From NCBI GenBank assembly GCA_963707505.1, contig CAVPQB010000003.1, positions 224,001 to 288,000 of the forward strand: a DNA stretch of 64,000 nt, given 5' to 3'. A program made the position numbers and the translations under genes. Every line of letters begins with the position of its first letter. Positions within the stretch are counted from its first letter, which is position 1. The stretch comes from an uncultured Gemmatimonadales bacterium (GTDB lineage Bacteria; Gemmatimonadota; Gemmatimonadetes; Gemmatimonadales; Gemmatimonadaceae). Shown here one piece after another: positions 10,501-19,894 of this stretch. Below the pieces are notes generated by a model, which did not search any database, had not been told where the DNA came from, and saw nothing but the letters and a program-made list of their open reading frames with translations.

Positions 10501-10701
10501 GGCCAGGCGATCCACTTCGCGCGGCCGCGCAACTTCAATCCGAACCTGGACATCGACAGATACTTCCTGCGCAGCTATGGCGGGACGATCCGCGTGAATC
10601 TGTTCAATCTCGCGATACTGAACTGGTCCGTGGCGCGGCCGCTGGACAGGCCGGGATATACGGGCTACAACTGGACGTTCTCGCTGGGCGTCGGTTATTA
10701 A
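7516..10701 (+). CDS. Omp85-family outer-membrane protein with N-terminal zinc-peptidase (MA-like) and TolB/PD40 beta-propeller domains
   Basis: Signal peptide (ASA-Q); HEMVH...EGMAEY; repeated (W/F/Y)SPDG/SPDS units; barrel with VRGY loop motif and terminal WTFSLGVGY. Confidence 0.78.
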   Translation: MTVASRVFGVLAAAALLVSAAPASAQRYFGQNQVKYRYFRWRVLETEHFLIHYYPEEKLPVHDAARMAERSYSRLSRLLGHQFREKKPILLYASRQDFGQSNINGDLGEGVGGVTEPMRQRIELPFTGDYDSFEHVLTHEMVHQFQFDVFAEGKAGANIQNLEQVNPPGWFMEGMAEYLSLGPNHPLTTMWIRNAVENGSMPTIKQMTDDPNDYFPYRYGEALWRYIGERWGDGAIGEILQSVTTMGIDRGFEHELGITLPQLSDQWRAATREEYLPQLASMQRVRDFATPLLTPKITGGSIFIAPVLSPDGKTIAFLSNGSVKKGEIFIDLYLGDATTGKRIKRLVKTTTNPRFEELRLLYSQGSFSPDSKKFAFTAQTEGRDVLSIADVATGDVVQYDKLPLDGVLSPSYSPDGKHIVFSGFADGITDLYIVDADGKNLRRLTSDRYGDAMPSWSPDGTRIAYATDRASTDLPSLKLGKMQIAVYDLQSGTSEVLPGQKGLSINPVWSPDSKSIAYVSDRNGTPNIYLHDLSSNQDLRVTNVQSGISQFTETSPVMSWSRATNRLAFTYFDRNDFTVWYIDNPQQYATAIPAQPAATVASAGAPTTPVRDSTPGRASNATSTYRSANGSRQSGTLSEAEKSDSTNVSSVATLLADPVTGMPDTLTFKDYPYRVSFQPDYISGGTVGVSTGGGYGTQYGGGTTLVFSDLTGDHQLAVGGGVYGRIQDASLLLAYANMSHRWQYITGVSQDVAYLNTAAQVSPDGTQYQYQFLRYVMRSASITAAYPLNRFQRFELGLGASAIGRGFVTQTYDIYGNASQSNGTSLGTLSFLSPNAAYVTDNSLFGVTGPVSGRRMRFAVSPAIGNLKFINYTADYRRYDPVVFNTLTFATRLFFDGSYGRDAYQLPIYVGSPDFVRGYDQSSFYGGYSCSSFLNTGSVYANGCSAPQLIGTRAVVFNEELRFPIIRRFDLGALPIGIPPVDGALFYDAGLAWNAGQAIHFARPRNFNPNLDIDRYFLRSYGGTIRVNLFNLAILNWSVARPLDRPGYTGYNWTFSLGVGY

Positions 10702-10730
10702 GGACAGGCGCGGATACGTCCGCGCCCTGC
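10702..10730. repeat. REP-like palindrome, copy 1
   Basis: GGCGCGGA-TACG-TCCGCGCC hairpin; closely similar to 54305-54334. Confidence 0.5.
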
Positions 10731-10873
10731 CCTCGCTGCCATCGTCCACGCCTGCGACGCGACGGCGTTGAATCCGATCGTCCCCCGCGGCGCCAAGTCG
10801 CGGGCGACGATCGACGCACCTTCCCGCTGCTAAAACCGTCCCGGAGAGGCGTTTCATCGGTTAAATTCCCGCG

Positions 10874-12445
10874 GTGCACAGACGGCTCTCTATCTCCTTG
10901 TTGCTTCTCTCCGCGATTGCCTGCGGCCGAGAGCACAAAGCGAATACGGACACCGTAGGAAATGCGGCTCGCGCTGAGGCCGCCCGCGGTCCCGATCCAA
11001 TTCTGATCCGGCTGCCCCGAAAGGGCGGCACCGTTCGCGCCTACCTATATCCGCGGCTCGATTCCGTCGTATGGACGGGCCATACGACCTCCATAGACCG
11101 CGTGCTCGGCTTCGATCCGGAAGGCGGCGCACTCGCCATCATCGACGCCAAGGGCCAGCCAGCACGCGTGGACCTTCGGATGAGCGGATCCGCGATTGCA
11201 ACGAAGGCCCAGCTGACTTCGTTGACCGCCCCTACTGGAACGGACATATACGGAGTCGACGACAACGGAACAGTCATTCGGCTCACCCGTTCGGGGGACT
11301 GGAAGCTCACACCACCCTACCCTGCGCGCGCCGTCTTCCCGCAATCCGACGGCGGCCTGGTGATCGACGCCCAGCACGGAAACGATGCAGTTCTCTGGCT
11401 CGTACATCCGCCAGACACCAAGCTTCGTGACACAGTCACACTTCCCATCACCATGCGCGGCGTTCATGCACAGGTGGGCGACCGCGTTTATGTAGCAACC
11501 GATACCGCCCTCGTGGGGGTTCGTGGACGCGACCTGAGCGAGGTGCCACCGATCCGCGTGCGCGGACACATAGTCGCACTTGCCCCGACTCCAAGCGGCG
11601 ACAGGATTTACGTGGCGACGACCGGCGACTCGTCGCTCGCTGTGGTCGACCGATACACGGACAAGGTCGCCTCAACGATTCAACTTCCCGGCGAGATCTC
11701 GGATCTCCGCATGGACGGGCTTGGTCGCTACGTGATTGCGCGCCCTGCCCGCGGTGATTCCGCCTGGGTTATCGCAGTTGCCACGAATCACGTGGTCGGG
11801 TCGGTCCGCACAAAGTGGACGGAAGATCTTCCCGCAACGGCTCCCGACGGCGCGATCGCGCTAAATTCGGGCCGGGACGTGATCTTCGTCGATGGCGAGA
11901 CCCTGCAGGCAGTGCGCACAGTCGCCGGTGGTGCGAGCGACTTCTGGTACTTCACGTTCTGGAACGGATTCCGACCGCGTGCCGCTGGCGTGGATCAGCC
12001 CGTTTCGTTCGCAACCGCCGACACCACGACGAGCGATTCCGCACATCTTGCCGCGGATTCAGCACACGTTGCGACGGCCGACACAGCTGCGAAACCGCAA
12101 CCTGCAACTCCAGTCGCCGCTGTACCACAGCCACCACAGCCGCCGCAACAGTTGCCGCACGAGCCGCCGCACCAGCCAACGCTGCCCGCGCTCACGCCTC
12201 CGCCCACAGCATCGGCCGCGGCGCCGTTCACCGTGTCGTTTGCAGCGCTACTCAACGAGAGCAAGGCGCGTACGCTCGCCGACAGCATCTCCGTCGCTGG
12301 CACGCGGGCTCGAGTAGTACCGTCGCAACGCGCCGGAACCACCATCTATCGCGTAGTACTTGGTCCATATCCGAATCGCGCGGCGGCTGAGCAGATCGGC
12401 CGCGATTCAAAGAGGTCCTACTGGGTATTTCCCGGACAGCCATGA
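10874..12445 (+). CDS. Lipoprotein with beta-propeller region, Pro-rich linker and C-terminal SPOR domain
   Basis: Lipobox-like AIAC; propeller-type repeats (PTPSGDRIYVA, DGLGRYVIA); SPOR motif IYRVVLGPYPNRAAAE. Confidence 0.7.
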   Translation: MHRRLSISLLLLSAIACGREHKANTDTVGNAARAEAARGPDPILIRLPRKGGTVRAYLYPRLDSVVWTGHTTSIDRVLGFDPEGGALAIIDAKGQPARVDLRMSGSAIATKAQLTSLTAPTGTDIYGVDDNGTVIRLTRSGDWKLTPPYPARAVFPQSDGGLVIDAQHGNDAVLWLVHPPDTKLRDTVTLPITMRGVHAQVGDRVYVATDTALVGVRGRDLSEVPPIRVRGHIVALAPTPSGDRIYVATTGDSSLAVVDRYTDKVASTIQLPGEISDLRMDGLGRYVIARPARGDSAWVIAVATNHVVGSVRTKWTEDLPATAPDGAIALNSGRDVIFVDGETLQAVRTVAGGASDFWYFTFWNGFRPRAAGVDQPVSFATADTTTSDSAHLAADSAHVATADTAAKPQPATPVAAVPQPPQPPQQLPHEPPHQPTLPALTPPPTASAAAPFTVSFAALLNESKARTLADSISVAGTRARVVPSQRAGTTIYRVVLGPYPNRAAAEQIGRDSKRSYWVFPGQP

Positions 12446-13743
12446 TCAAGACCACGCCAGTGTCGACGCCCGTGTCCACCGACACGGGGAATCACGGAAC
12501 GGGTTGGGAAGCGGCGGGCCGACAGATCGCTCCGATGCTTGGCAGCTATTCCGCAGCCGTGATCACCGGCACTGACGCGCTCGCGGCGGCCCATGTCGCG
12601 ATCGGAATCGGTCTCGCGGAAGCCGAGCATCGGCGGATCGCGATCGGCGATCTGGTGGGTGAGATCGAGCCGATTCAGGCGCTCGTAACGAGCGACGATC
12701 CGCACGGCATCTCGGACAGCTTCACCTTTGGCGTGTCGCTCAACAAGATCGCGCAGCCAATCGACACGACCGGGAACCTGTTCATCATGCCAAGCGGAAC
12801 TGGCAGCGTTGCCGATCCGGAGATCTATCGCAACGCCCGCTGGCAGCGGCTCGCGAACGGCTTCCGCGAAGTCGGCGCGCTGCTGTTGCTGGTTGCACCG
12901 GCGGACGCTCCCGGCCTCAAGGAGCTGATCGATCAGCTGGATGGCGTCGTGCTGGTTGGTGCAACTCCGCTCGATTTTGCGCCGTACATCAACGTGCTGG
13001 CGCGAGTGCCGGCTGCACTGCACGCGCGGCCGCGCGGCGCGGCAAAGAATCCGCTGCCGATCTGGAAGATCGCGGCACTCCTGCTGCTGCTCGTCGCACT
13101 CGTCGGCGCCGGACTGTATTTCCGTTTCGCGAATGAAGCGTCAAGCAGGGCGAAGAAGCCTGCGTTCAGACAACCGGCGCCGGTGGTTGCGGCACCGCCC
13201 GTCGTGGCGCCCGTAGATTCGGTTACCGTTCCACCGCCCGCCAATCCGGCGGACTCAGCGGCTGCGTCCGCGTATGCTGTCGAGGTGACGGCATGGAATT
13301 CGAAGGACGACGCGAACGAGACACTCGCCCGCTTTCGCGACATCCTTCCGGCTGGCACGATTTCACCGGTACCGGTGGGTCCCAATCGTGATAGATATTT
13401 CAAGCTGATCGTCGGTGCATACCCGATGAGAAACGAAGCCGACGCGGAGCTCGCCGTGCTGCGCCACAAGAATGTTACTCCGACACCGCAGCTTGGCACT
13501 GTCGTGCGCACGCCGTACGCTCTGTTGATCGACAGCTCGGCCGTCGGACGGCCCAGTGAGCTCGTCAGGAAATACCCGGAAGCCAGAAAGTGGGGCTCAT
13601 ACGTCCTCGCACAGCAGGACGGGTCGCTCAAACTCTACGCGGGAGCCTTCGAGCGGCCGGAAGACGCGGCTGCGCTGATGCTCACGCTGCGTGCTGAAAA
13701 GCTTACACCTACACTCGTATATCGCACAGGGAGAACACCGTAA
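12442..13743 (+). CDS. Bitopic protein: degenerate MinD/BY-kinase-like N-domain, TM helix, SPOR-like C-domains
   Basis: RIAIGDL, GISD, NLFIMPSG pattern without GK[ST]; TM IAALLLLLVALVGAGLYF; YFKLIVGAYPMRNEA and LKLYAGAFERPEDA. ATGA overlap with the upstream gene. Confidence 0.62.
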   Translation: MIKTTPVSTPVSTDTGNHGTGWEAAGRQIAPMLGSYSAAVITGTDALAAAHVAIGIGLAEAEHRRIAIGDLVGEIEPIQALVTSDDPHGISDSFTFGVSLNKIAQPIDTTGNLFIMPSGTGSVADPEIYRNARWQRLANGFREVGALLLLVAPADAPGLKELIDQLDGVVLVGATPLDFAPYINVLARVPAALHARPRGAAKNPLPIWKIAALLLLLVALVGAGLYFRFANEASSRAKKPAFRQPAPVVAAPPVVAPVDSVTVPPPANPADSAAASAYAVEVTAWNSKDDANETLARFRDILPAGTISPVPVGPNRDRYFKLIVGAYPMRNEADAELAVLRHKNVTPTPQLGTVVRTPYALLIDSSAVGRPSELVRKYPEARKWGSYVLAQQDGSLKLYAGAFERPEDAAALMLTLRAEKLTPTLVYRTGRTP

Positions 13744-16700
13744 TTGCGGTTGACCAAACTCGAGCTGCACGGATTCAAGTCGTTCGCCGATCACACTGAA
13801 CTGGTCTTCGAGCCCGGAGCCACAGCAATCGTGGGCCCCAACGGCTCTGGCAAGTCCAACGTGTCGGACGCCGTGCGCTGGGTGTTGGGCGAGCAGCGTG
13901 CACGTACGCTGCGCGGCGGCAAGATGGAGGACGTGATCTTCCAGGGTTCTTCCGCGCGCAAGGCGGTGAACATTGCTGAAGTATCACTGCATTTCGACAA
14001 CGAGGACGGCGGCTTCAACGTTCCGTTTCGCGAAGTCGTCATCACGCGCCGGCTGAGCCGGTCGGGTGAGAGCGACTACTTCATCAACCGCTCGGCCGCC
14101 AGACTGCGCGACATTCAGGACATGGTCCGCGGCACGGGACTCGGCGCTGATTCCGGTGTCGTGATCGAGTCACGCATGCTCGACGCGCTGCTCTCCGATC
14201 GTCCCGATGACCGTCGCGAGCTGTTCGAGGAAGCGGCAGGCATCGGTCTCTACCGCGATCGCAAGCGCAGCACGGAGCGCCGCCTGGAGGAGACTACGGT
14301 CGACCTCGCCCGACTCGGCGATCTCCTGAACGAGAAGGAGAGCCACGTTCGCTCCCTCGCTCGCCAGCGCAAGCGCGCCGAGCGACACGCGGAGCTGACG
14401 AGTCGTCGGTTTTCAGTGGACATCACGCTCGCAGCCCGCGAGATGGCCGCCTGGAGCGCAGAGCTGGACGAGCTTCGCGATCGGCTCGCCGCACTGCGTG
14501 AATCAGCGCCGACGGAGCACGAGCGTGTGTTCGCAGCAGAAGGGGCGCGCGATACGGCGCACGCCGCACGCGCGACTGCCGAAGGCGGCCGTAGCGAGCT
14601 CGCGCGCCTTGTTGGCGAGCAGCGCGAACGCGCACAGCAGCTTCGCGGCGAGATTGCCGTCGCCGAAGAGCGCCGCCGCAATGCGGCTGCTCATCGCGAG
14701 CGCGCGGAAGAGGAGCGGCGCGAGCGCGGCGATACTGCGCAACGGGTCGAGGCTGAGTTGTCGGAAGCAGCCGCTTCGCGCGCTCAGCTGGAGGCGGAGC
14801 TCTCCGCGCTCAGCGAGCAGCTCAGCGAGCGCACCACCAGCGAGGAAATCGCCAGGACGGCACTCTCGGCAGCGCGCGGCGCTGTGGAGCAGGCAGAGCG
14901 CCGCGCACGTGAGCTACGCGAGCAGGTCCACCGCCTGACGATGGACCACGATGCCGCCGAGCGCGAGCGACAGGATGTGCTCCGTCGTCACGAGGCGATC
15001 CGGAACGAGCAACTGCAGTTGTTCGATGCCGCGGAGCTCGTTGCGCGCGAAGTCGAGGATGCGCGCGTCGCGCTGGACGTCGCACGCGTTCGCGTGGTGG
15101 AGACCGCCGACATTCGCGACTCTGCCGAAGCCGACGTTCGAGCCGCGCGCGAGGCCGATTCGGCGGCACGCAGCGATGCACTGCGTGCGGAAGAAGCGCA
15201 CGCGGCGCTGGAAGGCCGTGCGCACGCGCTGCAGGCGCTCGAGCGCGAGCGTGTGGGACTCGCGCCAGCGGCGGCAAAATTGCTGCGCGAGCGTGGCAAG
15301 TTCGCCGAGGGGGCCATCCTCGGCCCGCTCAGCGATTACATCAGTGCGGGCTCTGTTCCTGCCGCGCTCATCGAGCGATATCTGGGCGCGACGGTGCATG
15401 CTGTACTGGTGCGCGACCGCGCGGCCGCCGATACGATCCGCGCATGGCACGTCGCCACGCAGCCGGGTCCGCTGCTGTTGCTGCCCGTTGACGCAACGTT
15501 CGCGTCGACCTCGCAAACCGCACCCGACGATCTTGCCACGCTCGTCAACGCGACCGACCCTCTAGCCGCGGGCTGGGTACGCGCACTGCTCGGCGACGTT
15601 CGCGCGGTTGAGGAAGCCACTGCCTTCGTGGACGCGCGTGGTGCCGTATGGTTGCCCGCAAGCGTCGCTGGCCCGGGACCTCTACGTCGCCGCGCAGAGC
15701 TCACCGATATCACGCGTGAGATGGAGACCGCCGCCGCAAATCTTCGGAATGCCGCGGCAATCGCGGGCGGTGCGCGCGAGGCGCTCGATGTCGCGATGCA
15801 GGCATCCGCTGCTGCTGCAGACGCTGCCGCAATCGCTGCACGCGAGGCACGTCATGCGGAAGAGGGAGTGAATGAGATTCTGCGCCGTCATCAGCGTGCC
15901 ACGCGTGAAGTGACCGAGGCGGATCTGGCGCTCGCCAAGCTCTCCGAGCGCGCTGAGGCGCTTGTCCAGCGCGGGACGGAGATCGACGCCGAGATCGCGC
16001 GCATCAATGATGCGGCACATGCACACGACGCAACGCTGGCGGAGCATCGTCGTGCGTTGAGCGAGGCGGAGAGCTCGCACGATCAAACGCGCGAGCTGCG
16101 GACCGCGGCTCAGGTGCAACAGGCGCAAGCGCAAGCCAGGCTGCAGGTCGTCACCGACCGCGAGCGTCGTCTTCGCGAGGAAGAGGTGATGGCGACATCG
16201 CGTCTCTCCGCGTTGCAGTCGGAGCTGAGCACGCTTTCGCAGGATGATGCCGCGCTCACTTCCCAACTTGCAGACTGGGCCCTCGATCTCGAAGCGCGCG
16301 ACGGCGTATTGCGCGACACCGAAGCCCAGCTGTCCGACGCGGAGCGCGCGGTGCGGCTGGCGGACGAGGCGCTATCCGAAGCCGATCATGCTCTCGATCA
16401 GGTGCGACGGGACGCTGCGAATATTTCCGATCAGCTTCATGCCGCAGAGTTGCGCTACACCGAGTTATCCGGTCGCAGGACAGCGATCCGTGAGCGGCTC
16501 GAAACCGAATGGCGCCGACCGCTGGATGAATTGATGGCCGAATGCGTTCAGCTGGAAGACGAGGACGACTCGTTGCGGGCCGAAGCCGCGGACCTTCGTG
16601 CGCAACTCGAGTCGCTCGGCCAGGTCAATCCGCTCGCGATCGAGGAACACCAGGAGGAGAGCAAGGCTGTCGAATTTCTGCGCCAGCAGCGTGCCGATCT

Positions 16701-17286
16701 GGACGAGGCGCGGGCCAAGCTGCAGCAGGCGATCCGCGAGATCGACGCGACGGCGCGCGAGCTGTTCCTCACGACGTTCGTGCAGGTGCGCGAGAATTTC
16801 CGGAACATCTTCATGACGCTGTTTGGCGGTGGCGATTGCGACGTGCGTCTGGAGAATCCCGACGCGCCACTCGACGGCGACATCGAGATCCACGCGTCTC
16901 CGCGCGGCAAGAAGACGCAGCGAATTCATCTGCTCTCGAGCGGTGAGCGCGCGCTGGTTGCGCTGTCGCTGCTGTTCGGAATCTTCCTCACGAAGCCGAG
17001 CCCGTTCTGTCTCCTGGACGAGGTCGACGCTCCGCTCGACGATGCGAACATCGGACGCTTCGTGCGGATGCTGAACGAGTTCAAGGCGAACACGCAGTTC
17101 ATCGTGATCACGCACAACCCGCGCACGACCACCGAAGCGGCTGATGCAGTTTACGGCGTGACGATGCAGGAGCCGGGCGTGTCGTCCATCGTCAGCGTCC
17201 GCATGCGCGGCCCCGCGGTGGAAGAGGCGATAGCGGATCTGCGCCTGCGACAAAGGCCGAGCCGGCGACGGCTGGAGTCTGATTGA
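13744..17286 (+). CDS. smc: Chromosome segregation protein SMC
   Basis: GFKSFAD, Walker A GPNGSGKSN, long coiled coils with hinge, LSSGE, LLDEVDAPLD, ITH. TTG start abuts the upstream stop. Confidence 0.96.
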   Translation: MRLTKLELHGFKSFADHTELVFEPGATAIVGPNGSGKSNVSDAVRWVLGEQRARTLRGGKMEDVIFQGSSARKAVNIAEVSLHFDNEDGGFNVPFREVVITRRLSRSGESDYFINRSAARLRDIQDMVRGTGLGADSGVVIESRMLDALLSDRPDDRRELFEEAAGIGLYRDRKRSTERRLEETTVDLARLGDLLNEKESHVRSLARQRKRAERHAELTSRRFSVDITLAAREMAAWSAELDELRDRLAALRESAPTEHERVFAAEGARDTAHAARATAEGGRSELARLVGEQRERAQQLRGEIAVAEERRRNAAAHRERAEEERRERGDTAQRVEAELSEAAASRAQLEAELSALSEQLSERTTSEEIARTALSAARGAVEQAERRARELREQVHRLTMDHDAAERERQDVLRRHEAIRNEQLQLFDAAELVAREVEDARVALDVARVRVVETADIRDSAEADVRAAREADSAARSDALRAEEAHAALEGRAHALQALERERVGLAPAAAKLLRERGKFAEGAILGPLSDYISAGSVPAALIERYLGATVHAVLVRDRAAADTIRAWHVATQPGPLLLLPVDATFASTSQTAPDDLATLVNATDPLAAGWVRALLGDVRAVEEATAFVDARGAVWLPASVAGPGPLRRRAELTDITREMETAAANLRNAAAIAGGAREALDVAMQASAAAADAAAIAAREARHAEEGVNEILRRHQRATREVTEADLALAKLSERAEALVQRGTEIDAEIARINDAAHAHDATLAEHRRALSEAESSHDQTRELRTAAQVQQAQAQARLQVVTDRERRLREEEVMATSRLSALQSELSTLSQDDAALTSQLADWALDLEARDGVLRDTEAQLSDAERAVRLADEALSEADHALDQVRRDAANISDQLHAAELRYTELSGRRTAIRERLETEWRRPLDELMAECVQLEDEDDSLRAEAADLRAQLESLGQVNPLAIEEHQEESKAVEFLRQQRADLDEARAKLQQAIREIDATARELFLTTFVQVRENFRNIFMTLFGGGDCDVRLENPDAPLDGDIEIHASPRGKKTQRIHLLSSGERALVALSLLFGIFLTKPSPFCLLDEVDAPLDDANIGRFVRMLNEFKANTQFIVITHNPRTTTEAADAVYGVTMQEPGVSSIVSVRMRGPAVEEAIADLRLRQRPSRRRLESD

Positions 17287-17340
17287 CTGAACGGGCCGAC
17301 GCCGCATGCGGTTCGGCGCCACACCGAGATTGAGCGCATC

Positions 17341-18376
17341 ATGCTTGTAGTCATGCGCCACGACGCGACCGCGACAGACGTCGATCGCGTAGTTGCGGTC
17401 ATAAGGAGATGGGCTACGACGCGCAACCGATGCCGGGCGCGCAGCGCACGGCCGTCGGACTCGTCGGCAACGACGGACGCGTCGACGCCTCGCGGATCGA
17501 AGCGCTTGCCGGCGTCGTGCAAATCATTCACGTCACGCAGCCGTACAAGCAGGTGTCGCGCGAATGGCGGCCCGAGACCACCGTCGTCACGATCGCACCC
17601 GGCGTTTCGTTCGGCGGACAGGACGTGCCCGTGATAGCCGGACCATGCTCCGTGGAATCGGAAGAGCAGATCATTCGCGCTGCCGAGCTGGTGCGCGAGG
17701 CCGGCGGAACGGCGCTTCGCGGCGGCGCATTCAAGCCACGCAGCTCTCCGTACTCGTTCCAGGGACTCGGTCAAGAAGGCCTGAAGCTGCTCGCGCGGGC
17801 GCGCGAAGAAACCGGACTTCCGATCGTCACCGAGGCGATGGACGATGAGGGAGCGCGCATTGTGGCGAGAGCATGCCGACTGCATTCAGATCGGCGCGCG
17901 CAACATGCAGAACTATTCGCTGCTCAAGACGGTCGGGAAACTCGGGAAGCCGGTGCTGCTCAAGCGCGGGATGGCGGCGACGATCAACGATCTGCTTCTC
18001 AGCGCCGAGTACATTCTGGCCGAGGGCAACAGCCACGTGATTCTGTGCGAGCGCGGAGTTCGAAGCTTCGACCCGGCCGTCGCGCAACATGTTCGATCTC
18101 ACGGCGATTCCGATCGTGCACGGGCTGTCGCACCTTCCGATCATCGCGGATCCGAGTCACGGCACGGGACTGCGCGACAAGGTTATTCCGATGGCGCGTG
18201 CAGCGGTCGCCGCTGGCGCCGACGGCATCATCGTCGAGATGCATCCCGAGCCCGATCGCGCGCTGTCGGATGGCGCGCAGTCGCTCTATCCCGATCAGTT
18301 CGCCGATCTCATGATCGAGCTCCGCGGTGTGGCGAAGGCAATCGGCCGTGCACTGCCAGCTTCGCCCGAGGCGTGA
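17341..18376 (+). CDS. aroF: DAHP synthase type I-beta with N-terminal regulatory domain (frameshifts near 17405, 17865, 18080)
   Basis: [46 protein letters not shown] and SDGAQSL, spread over four overlapping ORFs. Confidence 0.9.
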
Positions 18377-18427
18377 CACGCACCCGCTCAGCGGAACGGT
18401 AGACGCCCGAGCGGGTACACGATAGCC

Positions 18428-19105
18428 ATGAGATCACGTTACGTCGTGCCTGCACTCGCGCCGGCAATCCTCTGCATTACCGCATCACTCAGTGCGCAAC
18501 GCCCAGAGGCAACACTTCAACGCGCGATCGCCGCGTATGCGAACGCTGAAACGATCGCCGTGCGCTTCGATCAGACTGTAACGAATCCGCTTACGGATCG
18601 AACATTGACGTCAAGCGGCGAGCTCATGCGCCGTCGCCCCAACCGGTTGTCAATCTCATTCGGGGGAACGAATCCTGATCGCATCGTCGCTGACGGAACG
18701 AATCTCTGGGTCTATCTCCCGAGCAGCGCACCAGGACAGGTGATCAAGCTTCCGGCGGCGGGTGAGAGTGGCATGCTCGTCGACCCGATGGGGCAGATAC
18801 TTTCCGCGCCTGTGAGCAACTACGATGTCACCGACGCGGGCGCGAGTGTCGTCAGCGGCGAGGCAACGCACGCGATAACGCTGATACCCAAGTCACGTAC
18901 CGCTCTCTTCACAAAGGCGACTCTCTGGATCGACGACACGGACGGACTGGTGCGTCAGCTCGAATCGACCGAGCCGAGCGGACTGGTACGGAAGATCACC
19001 GTGACGCGCTTCAGGACGAACGTCACGATCCCGCGATCAACGTTTCAGTTCACTCCCCCGCCGAACGTTCGCATCATCGATGGTGGCGGCATGGTGGGCG
19101 GTTAG
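18428..19105 (+). CDS. lolA: Outer-membrane lipoprotein carrier LolA family
   Basis: Signal peptide; FDQ, RPNRL, IVADGTNLWVYLP and FQFTPP motifs. Confidence 0.8.
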   Translation: MRSRYVVPALAPAILCITASLSAQRPEATLQRAIAAYANAETIAVRFDQTVTNPLTDRTLTSSGELMRRRPNRLSISFGGTNPDRIVADGTNLWVYLPSSAPGQVIKLPAAGESGMLVDPMGQILSAPVSNYDVTDAGASVVSGEATHAITLIPKSRTALFTKATLWIDDTDGLVRQLESTEPSGLVRKITVTRFRTNVTIPRSTFQFTPPPNVRIIDGGGMVGG

Positions 19106-19894
19106 GCTCGCCGCGGCGCGCGTCAGTGCGTCGTACACTGCGAGTGACTCCGGATCGTCGCGCAGCGCAGCACGATGGGCAGCGATTCCTTCGGCATCAC
19201 CGCGTGCCGCTGGTCCCGTGAGAACGTTGCGTGGTGATCCATGCTCCAGATTCGAGACCGCGCCAGCCATGAGCCGCTGCACCACCTGCTCCGCCGTGCG
19301 CTCCTCGACTCCAGCATGGGTCAGAATGCGCGCGGCCAGGGCGGCGAGTACGACCGGAAAGTTGGACGCCATGACGGCAGCGGCGTGGTAGAACGCCTTT
19401 CCATTCGATGGAATGTTGACGGTTCGGGCGCCGATCGCTGCGGCCAGTCTGCGCGCAGCAGCGCACGCGGTCGGATCACCATCGATCCCCACCCATCCGT
19501 CGTGTAGCGCAGCAGCACCGCGCTCCGCCGTGGAAAACGGCGCGAGTGGGTGAAACGTCCCACCTGGTGATCCGGCGCTTCGAAGCTCCTCCAGGGCCGG
19601 CGGAGTAACCGTGCCCGACGTGTGAAGCACGATCGTACCGTGCGTCACCGGCGATCCCTTTTCGCGTGCGACGAGCGCGAGGGTGTGACAGGCCTCGTTG
19701 AGCTCACTGTCAGAAACCGCCAGGATTATGACATTGGCCTCGTTCATCACGCGCGGATATTCGCCGCTCGTCGTCGCACCATCGCGCGGCGTTCGTGCGT
19801 GTACTCCCAACACCTGCAAACCCGCACTTCTGAACGCATAGGCGAGGCCGCGCCCGACCTTCCCGGCGCCGATGATGAAGATCCGCTCGCTCAC
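19037..19894 (-). CDS. Rossmann-like + DUF2520 oxidoreductase (PanG-like)
   Basis: IIGAGKVG, HTSG, FHPL, YHAAAVMASNF, LTGPAARGD. Confidence 0.85.
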   Translation of the reverse strand: MSERIFIIGAGKVGRGLAYAFRSAGLQVLGVHARTPRDGATTSGEYPRVMNEANVIILAVSDSELNEACHTLALVAREKGSPVTHGTIVLHTSGTVTPPALEELRSAGSPGGTFHPLAPFSTAERGAAALHDGWVGIDGDPTACAAARRLAAAIGARTVNIPSNGKAFYHAAAVMASNFPVVLAALAARILTHAGVEERTAEQVVQRLMAGAVSNLEHGSPRNVLTGPAARGDAEGIAAHRAALRDDPESLAVYDALTRAAASLTAHHAATIDDANVRRGSELKR

